From an uncultured Bacteriovoracaceae bacterium (lineage in GTDB: Bacteria; Bdellovibrionota; UBA1018), in contig CAYILR010000002.1 in assembly GCA_964364175.1 (NCBI GenBank), positions 69,357 to 133,356 on the forward strand: a DNA stretch of 64,000 bases. The letters run 5' to 3'. Below the pieces are notes generated by a model. It did not search any database, was not told the DNA's origin, and saw only the letters and a list, made by a program, of their open reading frames with translations. Position 1 is the first letter of the stretch. Each line of letters opens with the position of its first letter. The position numbers were made by a program, and so were the translations under genes. This document shows, piece after piece, positions 45,979 to 55,078 of this stretch.

Positions 45979-46743
45979 ATGTCCGCAACCCGCTATCTCA
46001 CTCTCAGCATCGATGATGGCTACCCGGGTGACCTGAGAACCATCGAGATGCTCAAGAAGTATGGCTTGAAGGCGACTTTCTATGTTCCGGGGCTGAATCC
46101 CGAGCGGCCGAAACTGCCCGATGCACAGGTTCGTGAGATTGCGCAGGATCCTGATTTTGAAGTGGGTGGCCATACCTACAGCCATACTTCGCTGCATGTG
46201 AAGAGCGATGCTGTTGCGTACGAAGACATCGTCAGAGGCAAAGATTGGCTCGAGAACGTGATTGGGAAGAAAACCGTTTCGTTCTGCTATCCCCAGGGCA
46301 AATTCAACTCCCGGACTCCGGGGCTTGTAGAAAAAGCCGGATATCTGGGTGCGCGGACTTGCATGCTCAACTTGAATAGCTATCCAAAAACTCCATTTCT
46401 CTGGGGTGCGAGTACTTTGGGGTATTCGTTGCCACCGCTGATCCAAATTAGACACGCACTGATTGAGGGAAATTTTGAGGGAACTTGGAATTACTTCAAA
46501 AAATTTCGCCTCACTCAGGATTGGGCCCAGCACTTTCGGATCGCTCTGGACGATGTAGAACAAGACGGCGGGATCGCTCATCTGTTTTTTCACACCTGGG
46601 AAATCGAGGCTCTGGATCAGTGGAATTTGCTGGATGGGATTTTGAAAGAAATTTCGACCCGTAAGTCGCTTAAACGGGTGACAAACGGAGAGCTTTTTGC
46701 CAAATTTCATTCGGAATATGCAAAAGGCAGTCTCTCGACTTGA
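45979..46743 (+). CDS. polysaccharide deacetylase (NodB-homology, CE4)
   Basis: 'LTLSIDDGYP' is motif 1 (D-D). 'GGHTYSHTSL' is motif 2 (H-x4-H). 'CYPQG' follows. Confidence 0.8.
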   Translation: MSATRYLTLSIDDGYPGDLRTIEMLKKYGLKATFYVPGLNPERPKLPDAQVREIAQDPDFEVGGHTYSHTSLHVKSDAVAYEDIVRGKDWLENVIGKKTVSFCYPQGKFNSRTPGLVEKAGYLGARTCMLNLNSYPKTPFLWGASTLGYSLPPLIQIRHALIEGNFEGTWNYFKKFRLTQDWAQHFRIALDDVEQDGGIAHLFFHTWEIEALDQWNLLDGILKEISTRKSLKRVTNGELFAKFHSEYAKGSLST

Positions 46744-48007
46744 GAAATTATTTCAAATCCTGATTTCGATTGGACTCGCTGCCGGTTTTTACTATGTTGC
46801 GCGCTACCAGAGCCCGCCTGGAAAAGTTTTTCTCCTTGGAAAAAACGTCCTTTCGCTAGCCGCATTGGGAATTTGGGTGGGGCTACTGCTCCTTTGGATT
46901 CTTTTTCTCACCCGAAGTCACAAGAAAATCAGTATCCGCTGGCGTGCTGCGATCTACGCTCTGTTACTCGTCGAGTGCACACCCTACCTTTTTAGTTTTG
47001 GAATCATCTGGCCTCATCACTGGCCCCGAAGTTCACCCAACGACATGCCCGGGCACGAGTGGTGCTATCCCGGATATATTTTCCTGAGACAAGAGTACAA
47101 CGTTTGCGGAAAGCAAAATGCTGAGGGTCGGTACGATCAGGAATTTTCGCTAACACCTGCGCCCGGAGTATACCGCGCCGCTTATCTGGGCAACTCGCAC
47201 GTCGAGGGACGATCGATTCCACTGGAGAAAAAAGCGTCCAAGCTGGCGCAAGCCTCGCTCAATCAGCAATTGACGAGCCATCGATTTGAAATCATGGATT
47301 TCTACATTCCGGCGATGCGTGCGTTGGAAATTCTCACTACCACTCGGGGCGATTTGCAAAAGCACGGCGTTCAACATGTCATTTTAAAATCGATGGGCGT
47401 CGAGGACGAATTACTGAAACCTGTCTCTGCTGAAGACGCGCCTCCGACCGGACTTTATCAAAACGCTTTTCTTCAACGCCTGATTCACGTTCCGTTTTCG
47501 AATCTGCTCTCCCTTCTCGCTTGGAACGGATTACGAATGTACATCGAACTCTACAATCCTGGAGTCGCAACGATTTCGTCCGAACCCGCTCCAACACCAC
47601 AGCTCAAGGAGTGGGTGCAATCCCAGTGCGGAATTGAAAATCCCAGAATGATTCATAAACTCGCCGTTTATCTTCAGGGAATTCAACGATCCTATCAAAG
47701 TTTCAAGTCTGTTGATCTAGGTTCACAAAAGATGACGATCGTTCAAATTCCTCAACTCGAACCCTTGATTCTCTCGAATGCAGTTCTCAATAAATACGAA
47801 ACCTGCCAAACGGAAATTCATCAGCGAGCATTTGAGGAGGCCTTCGCTGGATCCAAAACTGTTAATTTTGTCGATGTCACTCCGATGTTGGCTCAATATC
47901 ACACTCATGTTTCAGAAATTTATTTTCCAGCAGACAGACATCTGAATCAGTTGGGCAATCAGATTGTTGGTGAGGCTATCGCTCAGGGGACAAAATGGTA
48001 TTTCTAA
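46697..48007 (+). CDS. DltD/AlgJ-like putative SGNH-fold acyl-transfer accessory protein with an N-terminal TM anchor (tentative)
   Basis: Single N-terminal TM region and then a soluble domain. Overlaps the MBOAT gene start. Family call is by context. Confidence 0.35.
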   Translation: MPNFIRNMQKAVSRLEKLFQILISIGLAAGFYYVARYQSPPGKVFLLGKNVLSLAALGIWVGLLLLWILFLTRSHKKISIRWRAAIYALLLVECTPYLFSFGIIWPHHWPRSSPNDMPGHEWCYPGYIFLRQEYNVCGKQNAEGRYDQEFSLTPAPGVYRAAYLGNSHVEGRSIPLEKKASKLAQASLNQQLTSHRFEIMDFYIPAMRALEILTTTRGDLQKHGVQHVILKSMGVEDELLKPVSAEDAPPTGLYQNAFLQRLIHVPFSNLLSLLAWNGLRMYIELYNPGVATISSEPAPTPQLKEWVQSQCGIENPRMIHKLAVYLQGIQRSYQSFKSVDLGSQKMTIVQIPQLEPLILSNAVLNKYETCQTEIHQRAFEEAFAGSKTVNFVDVTPMLAQYHTHVSEIYFPADRHLNQLGNQIVGEAIAQGTKWYF

Positions 48008-49158
48008 CCTCCTGGTTCTTTGCATTTCTGCTGGTTGCAGTTTTGACGTACATTTTTCTCCCGCGTGCTTGGAGAAAATACTGGCTCCTCGCTATCAGCA
48101 TGGTTTTCCACGGACACTTCGCAGGGCCGGCTGGAGTTTTGCCCATTGTGATTTTGGGTGTGACTGTCTATCTCGCTGCGCTCGCCATTGAAAAATGGAA
48201 AATTGCCACGCCGATGTGGACTGTAGGCGCTGTCTGTATATTAGCGTTGATTTACTATAAATACACGGGGTTCTTGTTAGAACTCGTAGGAATCTCCCCA
48301 GAAAAAACTCCCGTCGCACCGCTTGCGATTTCATTTTTTACTTTTGAATTCGTCCACTACCTGATCGAAGTCAAAAAAGGCGGTCCTGCTCTCAAGAACC
48401 CGATCGATTTTTGGTTATTCGCCGTATTTTTCCCCACCATTGCCAGCGGACCGATCAAACGCTATCGAGATTTTCAAGCGCAGCTCGATGCGCTCCCTAA
48501 AAAGAAAATCACAGCGCCTGAGATTCACGAAGGACTTTATCGAATTACCTCGGGGCTTTTCAAAAAACTCATCATTGCCGAGTGGGCCGTCGATCACATC
48601 CATCGTATCGAGCCCTGGTTGCACGATTCGTCCCTTTCTTCCGGATATCTTTGGGCCTTGGTCGGCTTGCAAACCACTCGCATCTATATGGATTTTGCTG
48701 GTTACAGTGACGTGGCAATTGGAATTGCGCTGCTATTGGGAATTCGCGTGCCCGAAAACTTTAATTGGCCGTACATAGCACACAACCTGAGTGACTTCTG
48801 GACACGTTGGCATATCTCACTCAGCTCGTGGATTCGAGACTATATCTATATTCCACTGGGTGGCGGCCGTGTCTCGGCCCCACGCAAGGTTTTCAATGGC
48901 TTCAGCGCCATGGTTCTTTGTGGAATTTGGCATGGACCGGCTTTGCATTTTGCTGCATGGGGAATTTATCATGGTTTGGGATTGGCGCTGCAAGAACCCA
49001 TTTCTAAGATAGTGCGTCCTCTTTTCCCCTCCGAAAAAATCTACCGGAGTTGGACGCGCGCATGGACTTTTCTCTTTGTGGCACTCGGTTGGTTAATCTT
49101 CTTTTATGAATGGAGCGATTTGAAATGGATTTTGGCAAGAATGATCGGTCTGAGCTAA
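47995..49158 (+). CDS. MBOAT-family membrane-bound O-acyltransferase (DltB/AlgI-like)
   Basis: 'FTFEFVHY', 'IASGPI' and 'WHISLSSWIRDYIYIPLGG' with the conserved His are MBOAT hallmarks. Confidence 0.85.
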   Translation: MVFLTSWFFAFLLVAVLTYIFLPRAWRKYWLLAISMVFHGHFAGPAGVLPIVILGVTVYLAALAIEKWKIATPMWTVGAVCILALIYYKYTGFLLELVGISPEKTPVAPLAISFFTFEFVHYLIEVKKGGPALKNPIDFWLFAVFFPTIASGPIKRYRDFQAQLDALPKKKITAPEIHEGLYRITSGLFKKLIIAEWAVDHIHRIEPWLHDSSLSSGYLWALVGLQTTRIYMDFAGYSDVAIGIALLLGIRVPENFNWPYIAHNLSDFWTRWHISLSSWIRDYIYIPLGGGRVSAPRKVFNGFSAMVLCGIWHGPALHFAAWGIYHGLGLALQEPISKIVRPLFPSEKIYRSWTRAWTFLFVALGWLIFFYEWSDLKWILARMIGLS

Positions 49159-49193
49159 TTCAGGCAGCCCAGACGTGAATTTTTAATAACCAC

Positions 49194-50657
49194 ATGTTGA
49201 AAAAATACCAATCAAAACTTTGGGTTTTCCTTGGACTAGGTATTTGCACGATCCTTCTCGCGAGCTGGATCCAACTCGCTCTGCATAAACGACTCTGGAC
49301 TGATGAGGGAAATGAAATTTTGTCGAATTGCCCTCAGGGATGGCTATCGTTAGCGCAAGGCGCGGACACACAATGCAGTCCCTCTCCGCTCTATTATTTC
49401 TTTCTTAAGTTAACCGTTTTACCGATCCATGTTTTTGATCAAACTATTTTGCTGAGTTATCGGAGTGTTTCTCTGGGGGCAGCTTTTGCTTTAGGAGTGG
49501 TATTTTTTTTATATCTAGGCTTTCGCTGGGGTTGGGCAAGCGGGTTGATTGGTCTTTTGGCCTTGGCTCAACAGGGGTTGTTTCACCAATACGCGGCTGA
49601 AAATCGACCTTATATGCTTTGGCTTTTGGTGTTTTTTGTTCATCTTTGTTGTTTTTCAGATCTTTGGACAACGGCCCAGGACAGGACTCGGACATTAAAA
49701 TCCGCAGGGTTTGTTGCTCTATCCTCATTGGCGCTGACTGCTATTGCGGGACCAGGGATGCTCCAGGTTTTTTGTAGCGCGGCTAGCGTGCTGCTATTCG
49801 CACTTGTTTTTCGCCAAACTCACCGATTTCGCTCATGGTGGCGCTTTTTGGCCATTGTAACTCTGGCTTGTTTAGGAATAGGAGTCTTCTATTCTCTAAA
49901 AAGCTGCAAATATGAAAACGCAGGTGATTTCGATTTACTCTATACTCGCGATATCAATCTGGTTCTGGGTGTAATTCGCCTATTTTTGCCTAAAAGCGTT
50001 TTTCGCTTCCCTGATACTGCTTTGGTCTTCAATGGATTCTTTTTATTTGGCGTCTGGACGGCTTTGCGCCGCCTACTCAAACGACAAGAAAAGCTGGAGG
50101 CAGGTGGTATTCTGGCTTACCTCTCACTGTTTCAACTCGGATTGGCATTTCCAATAGCGATACTTATAGCTGTGAAACACTACTATTTTCTGCAGAGAGT
50201 TTTTATTTTTATTTTGATCCCATGGGCGATTTTGGCGTCCTATGGCGCCCGTGAATTACTTCACTTAGGTTGGGTTCAAAAATTCAAGGTTCTTCCCCTG
50301 CTTCTCCTGATTCTTTCGATCCCTCGCGTGGTGACATTGGAAGCAAATGCCAGGACTCCTTTTTATGACATCGAATGCGATATGATTCAGGACGTCCAGT
50401 TTACTTCGATTTATCTAGATCGGTTGCCATATCCAGATGTTCAAGCCAACGTTTTAGTGGATTTAGATCGCGCCTACCGAAAATGCGGATATGATCCAGC
50501 AAAGGCCACAAAAGCTTCTCTTTTGATCCATTTTGAGCCTACCTTGCCACAGCTTTATCGTTTAGAAAAACTAAGCGCATCCTCACAGCCATTGCCCAAG
50601 TGGATTTCTCTAGAGCAGTGCGGAAAACAGATTCGCGATATACCTCAGAGGTACTGA
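49194..50657 (+). CDS. GT-C (ArnT/PMT-like) polytopic membrane glycosyltransferase candidate
   Basis: TM1 then 'RLWTDEGNE' (DE motif). More than 10 TM. First of three tandem paralogous genes. Confidence 0.5.
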   Translation: MLKKYQSKLWVFLGLGICTILLASWIQLALHKRLWTDEGNEILSNCPQGWLSLAQGADTQCSPSPLYYFFLKLTVLPIHVFDQTILLSYRSVSLGAAFALGVVFFLYLGFRWGWASGLIGLLALAQQGLFHQYAAENRPYMLWLLVFFVHLCCFSDLWTTAQDRTRTLKSAGFVALSSLALTAIAGPGMLQVFCSAASVLLFALVFRQTHRFRSWWRFLAIVTLACLGIGVFYSLKSCKYENAGDFDLLYTRDINLVLGVIRLFLPKSVFRFPDTALVFNGFFLFGVWTALRRLLKRQEKLEAGGILAYLSLFQLGLAFPIAILIAVKHYYFLQRVFIFILIPWAILASYGARELLHLGWVQKFKVLPLLLLILSIPRVVTLEANARTPFYDIECDMIQDVQFTSIYLDRLPYPDVQANVLVDLDRAYRKCGYDPAKATKASLLIHFEPTLPQLYRLEKLSASSQPLPKWISLEQCGKQIRDIPQRY

Positions 50658-52069
50658 TGAACATTTTTGAAAAATATATTGAGTCTGATGCAGATAGAAT
50701 TCACCGTTGGGTTCTATTATTCGTTGCAATTACTTTATTTGCCACGCTCAACGATGCGTCGCTCTGGCTGGATGAAGTGGCAACCGTGAGCGCCTCTGGG
50801 CTGGTTGATTTCAAATCGGGTTTCATCGAAGCATTCCACGATGGTCAGATGCCTTTTGTTTATTTTTCGATTTTTGTTTCTCGCCTGCTTTTTGGTAGCA
50901 ATGAGTTTGCCTCAAGATTGCCTATTGTTCTTTTTGCTCTAGGGTTTTTATGGGTCTTGCCGCGGCTTTACAGGCAAGCGGGCTATAAGCCAATTCTAGC
51001 AACCGTTGCAGCGGTCCTTTTGGCGTTTCATGGGAAATTTATTTTTTATGCACAAGATGCACGCTTTCACATGCCAGGGGTCTGCGCCTTGTTTATCTGG
51101 GCAGCCTATCGCAAATCAGGATCCTGGAAATCTTTTAGCGCCTGCTTGATAGCTCTTTTTACACATACTTTTTCTGTGATCACGGTGGGCGCCACTCTGG
51201 GTATCGATATTTTCTCTGAATGGTATTTCGAAAAAAAATCATTTAAAGAGCTGTTTTTAAAATATGCCCCGAACTTCACTGCTTTGCTCCTGTTTTCTCC
51301 CGCCTACTTATTTCTCATCACTTTGATGCGGAAATCCCGCCTCCAAGGAGTCGGAATTACTGACTTTACTCAGCAGGTTTTTTCCAGCCTTGAAATCATT
51401 AAAAACGCATGGCTTTTCTTTTTTGATTCTCGAAGTACTATTTGGATTGTTTTGAGCCTGATTTCAATCTTTGCAATTATTTTTCGCCGCAATTCACTCA
51501 CCAATTTTCTGCTTGCTGCTGTCTGCGCAGTGCTGTTTCAAGCGCTGATTTTTGGCTTCACTCAACAATGCTTTTTTCCAAGGTATCTATTGCTGCTATT
51601 GCCGCTTGTGATTGTGGGTTCGGTGACTTTGCTACAATTGACTGCTCTATGGGGAAAGCTGTTAGTACCTGTGATCTTTTTGTCTCTTTATTTTCTACCC
51701 CACCTTTCCTTTCAAATCCGACCATGGCCAGGGGTTTTGGCTCAGCTTTTTCCAATGACGGCTCAAGAACTCAGTACGACACACAAAGAAAACTGGCGTG
51801 ATATGACTAAAACCCTCGCTTGGCTAGCTAAGCCAGGGGAGAGCATCGGCCCATCATCCGATTGCGGTGGAGACTGCTCCAAATATCCCATTCTATTTTA
51901 CGGAGGCAATGAACCGGTGATTCAATCCCTGACTTGGATTGATCGTATAGAAACTTGTGCCAGCTGGATCGTTTCCACCCATTCCAATCTCTCTGAAGTC
52001 CGTGGCTGCAAGGAGATTAAACCCGTTGGGAATTTCTCGACTCTTTTTCTTTACCAAGGAAAGCCATGA
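50657..52069 (+). CDS. GT-C (ArnT/PMT-like) polytopic membrane glycosyltransferase candidate; start at the ATG overlapping the upstream stop (TGATG)
   Basis: 'ASLWLDEVATV' DE motif after TM1 and more than 10 TM. Confidence 0.5.
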   Translation: MNIFEKYIESDADRIHRWVLLFVAITLFATLNDASLWLDEVATVSASGLVDFKSGFIEAFHDGQMPFVYFSIFVSRLLFGSNEFASRLPIVLFALGFLWVLPRLYRQAGYKPILATVAAVLLAFHGKFIFYAQDARFHMPGVCALFIWAAYRKSGSWKSFSACLIALFTHTFSVITVGATLGIDIFSEWYFEKKSFKELFLKYAPNFTALLLFSPAYLFLITLMRKSRLQGVGITDFTQQVFSSLEIIKNAWLFFFDSRSTIWIVLSLISIFAIIFRRNSLTNFLLAAVCAVLFQALIFGFTQQCFFPRYLLLLLPLVIVGSVTLLQLTALWGKLLVPVIFLSLYFLPHLSFQIRPWPGVLAQLFPMTAQELSTTHKENWRDMTKTLAWLAKPGESIGPSSDCGGDCSKYPILFYGGNEPVIQSLTWIDRIETCASWIVSTHSNLSEVRGCKEIKPVGNFSTLFLYQGKP

Positions 52070-53880
52070 TTTTTTATCTCATTCTCATTTGTTTTTTAGT
52101 GGTCTACGGCTTTTCAACCACTCTTTTTTCAGCATTCACAATGGGCATCACTCGCGATGAACCCTTCTACAAAGAAATGGGCACTCTGTATCTCAAACTT
52201 TTTGACTTCGGAATCAGCATGGATCACCCGCCCTTTGCAACCTGGTTCGGGGCGCTGATTCCCCATTTTCTCAATTTGCAGCAGATGTTTTTTTTCCGGA
52301 TTGCTCATGTAGCTCTCTATACGCTCGCCGGTATTTTTTTTATTTATTACTTTTATAAAAATAAGAAAACATTCGCTGCCCTGATTTTTTCCATGCTTTT
52401 TTTCCTGGATCCAAACATGAAGGCAACAGCTTCCCTCAATGTCATTGATGCGGATTTGGCGATATGGATGGCCTTGGCTTTTTTTTATATTTGGCGGTTC
52501 TTGCGGGAGAAGCCTTCGAATGAAAAACCTGCCCTCCCTTTTTTAATCGGCCTTTTGTCTGGGCTGGCAGCCAATTCAAAAATAACAGGACTGCTGGTCA
52601 TGTTCTGCGGGGCAATCGTAGTAGGGTTGAAAATTTCAAATCCTGCATTGAAGGGGCGCAAACTTGTCGCTCGAGTTTCACCCGGACTATTTTTTGCTGG
52701 AGGAGTCATACTCTCTTTTTTGATAGCCTATCTATTCCATCCTTCTCAGATTCTTCTGTACAAAAAGAACATTGGATTCCAGCTAGTTCACAATTCATTT
52801 GGCCAGCCAGGATACATGCTGGGAAAACATTCTGAAATGGGGTTTTGGTACTTTTACCTAGTCTCTTTTTTTCTGAAAGAGCCCCTTGCGTGGTTGATAC
52901 TTCTTTTCATTCCCATTTTATTCAGCAGAAAGCATCTCGACCGAGCTACAGCACTTGTTTTTTTCGCCCCTGCCGCCATCATGCTTCTGGTTTTTTCGCT
53001 AGGCCACGTACAAATTGGAATCCGATATTTTTTGCCAGGCATGCTGCTCTTAGAATTGGGAGCAGCCATCGTTTTTGATCAATTCGTTCAGAATCTGAAT
53101 CAACGGTACAGACAAATGACACTTGCTGTGTCACTCGCGTTGGGGATCATTCTTTTGGGAGTTGATTTTTCCACAGTTGCATATGGATCGTATCTATCTT
53201 TTTTTAATACCCTAGCTCCAACTCCATCGAGAAATTTTACAGAATCCAATATTGATTGGGGGCAAGGCATTCCAAAACACCTCACGCATAGATGCCAACC
53301 CACCCAGCTCGCTTTGGATGGCCCATTTTCAAACATTTTCGAATCTCAAAAATCAATCCGTTTCATTGCCCCTCCGCTGCTGATGAATTCGAATCCATTG
53401 ACAAAAAATCACTACGTTCCTCTCAAAGAGTTTCAATCTCAGAACGTGATCGCGGGCTATGAATGCTTTGAATTCAATAATAACCAATTATTTGAGTATC
53501 TCTGGGTATTAGATCACTGGAAGCTTCATGACAGTGCCCCCAAAAGCCCGGAATCCTTGCTTCATGCCATCCAACAATCGACTCAGCACTTTTGTGAGCA
53601 ACCTTCGTCGATTAAAATATCGATGCAAACCGTTCAGGTTGGACAAAAGATCACTGTCGTTCCCGGACAGCCTCAACTCCTTTTGCTCAAACGCGGACAA
53701 AAAGCTTTCGTGGTTGATTCGAATGGAACTCGAAAACCGATGATCGCGTTTGATGAAAATCGCTCGCCACTCAACGAGGTCAGAGTGTGGATTTCCGCAG
53801 TGGACCATCCCCAATCCTTCCTCTTTTCGTCGACAAAATTAGATTCGACCGGCTATTTAGTCACCCGATCTTGTCTCTAA
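52066..53880 (+). CDS. GT-C (ArnT/PMT-like) polytopic membrane glycosyltransferase candidate with a C-terminal soluble domain
   Basis: 'MGITRDEPFY' DE motif. 'ANSKITGLL' loop. About 190-aa C-terminal periplasmic-type domain. Confidence 0.55.
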   Translation: MIFYLILICFLVVYGFSTTLFSAFTMGITRDEPFYKEMGTLYLKLFDFGISMDHPPFATWFGALIPHFLNLQQMFFFRIAHVALYTLAGIFFIYYFYKNKKTFAALIFSMLFFLDPNMKATASLNVIDADLAIWMALAFFYIWRFLREKPSNEKPALPFLIGLLSGLAANSKITGLLVMFCGAIVVGLKISNPALKGRKLVARVSPGLFFAGGVILSFLIAYLFHPSQILLYKKNIGFQLVHNSFGQPGYMLGKHSEMGFWYFYLVSFFLKEPLAWLILLFIPILFSRKHLDRATALVFFAPAAIMLLVFSLGHVQIGIRYFLPGMLLLELGAAIVFDQFVQNLNQRYRQMTLAVSLALGIILLGVDFSTVAYGSYLSFFNTLAPTPSRNFTESNIDWGQGIPKHLTHRCQPTQLALDGPFSNIFESQKSIRFIAPPLLMNSNPLTKNHYVPLKEFQSQNVIAGYECFEFNNNQLFEYLWVLDHWKLHDSAPKSPESLLHAIQQSTQHFCEQPSSIKISMQTVQVGQKITVVPGQPQLLLLKRGQKAFVVDSNGTRKPMIAFDENRSPLNEVRVWISAVDHPQSFLFSSTKLDSTGYLVTRSCL

Positions 53881-55062
53881 TCGAGACTTTCTGATCAGAA
53901 GCAGAAGAAAAGCCCAAACTCCGATCAAGGTGAAAAGAGGAATGTATTTTGTAGCTACCTGAAGAGTCAACTGAATCGGTTTTGGAAACGGATTCTCACC
54001 ATAGGGAAAGCAAACCAACAGCAAAATCAAGACGAACCAGGAGCTGAATTTTGAAAAACTCTTCGAATTTTTCACCGCACCCAGTACGAAAATGGTGGGT
54101 ACCAAAACTTGGATGAACTGGTAAGATTTGATCCGAGGAAGCAAAAGTGAGTATGAAGTCAGCACCAAATAGACCGTTTCAAGCAGACTAGGTTTAAAAC
54201 GAATGATCCAAAAAAAGCTCACTCCAAAAATTGATACTGAGCTCAAAGCATATATTGTGAAAGACAAAGACGAAGGCAAGACTTTGTACCCGCTTTCCGA
54301 AAGCGTGCGGCTCAGGTCACCCATCAATGCATAAATCGACGGACTCAATGTTCCAAACTCGGTCACTCGTTGAGAGGCCTGATTCACAAATTCCGCCCAA
54401 GGCTGTGAATAAAAAATCATTTGATAGGCGATCAATCCAAGAAACACGAGGCTAGAGGCAATCAGGCAGCTGATCTTCTGGCGATTCGGCCGATACAAAA
54501 GCAGGATGAGCAAAACAATAGGCGTCAGCTTGAACAGCGAAACCAAAACTACGCACGCACCAAACAAAAAATTTCGATTCGAAATATAGCCGTAAAATCC
54601 AATCCAAAGAACTGCTTGTTCAAATAAAGTCACATTTCCGCTGGCGACATCCCAAAATAACGCGCCATTGTAACCTAGCAATAATACACACCCTGCCCAA
54701 ATTTTTTTTAAATCAGGGATGAATTTTTTCTCCCAAAAATAGAACAATCCAATCATCACAAAAAGCTGAGAGATCAGCCATAATACAGAAGCCTGTGAGT
54801 ATTTGATCAGCGACAGTGGCTTCACCAGCGCAAAGGTAATCGGCGGATAAACGTAGCTCCCCGTGACAACCGTCGCCTCTGGAGGAAGTATTTGCCGAGG
54901 ATCAAACTGATAGGGAACGAGCCCCTTGAGTAGAAGCATCGATGCGCTGTAATAAGCATTGAAATCCCAGTGGTAGGCATGGATTCGTGTACCAACAACA
55001 GAGAAAAACAGAAGAGCTAAGCCCATGTATACAATCGATGATAAATATTTCGAGCTTTGCAA
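53857..55062 (-). CDS. polytopic membrane protein, GT-C-like (DUF2029/GT87-like) candidate
   Basis: About 400 aa with about 10 TM and an architecture like polyprenyl-P-mannose-dependent mannosyltransferases. Confidence 0.4.
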   Translation of the reverse strand: MQSSKYLSSIVYMGLALLFFSVVGTRIHAYHWDFNAYYSASMLLLKGLVPYQFDPRQILPPEATVVTGSYVYPPITFALVKPLSLIKYSQASVLWLISQLFVMIGLFYFWEKKFIPDLKKIWAGCVLLLGYNGALFWDVASGNVTLFEQAVLWIGFYGYISNRNFLFGACVVLVSLFKLTPIVLLILLLYRPNRQKISCLIASSLVFLGLIAYQMIFYSQPWAEFVNQASQRVTEFGTLSPSIYALMGDLSRTLSESGYKVLPSSLSFTIYALSSVSIFGVSFFWIIRFKPSLLETVYLVLTSYSLLLPRIKSYQFIQVLVPTIFVLGAVKNSKSFSKFSSWFVLILLLVCFPYGENPFPKPIQLTLQVATKYIPLFTLIGVWAFLLLLIRKSRLETRSGD

Positions 55063-55078
55063 ACGACCTCCGGGATTA

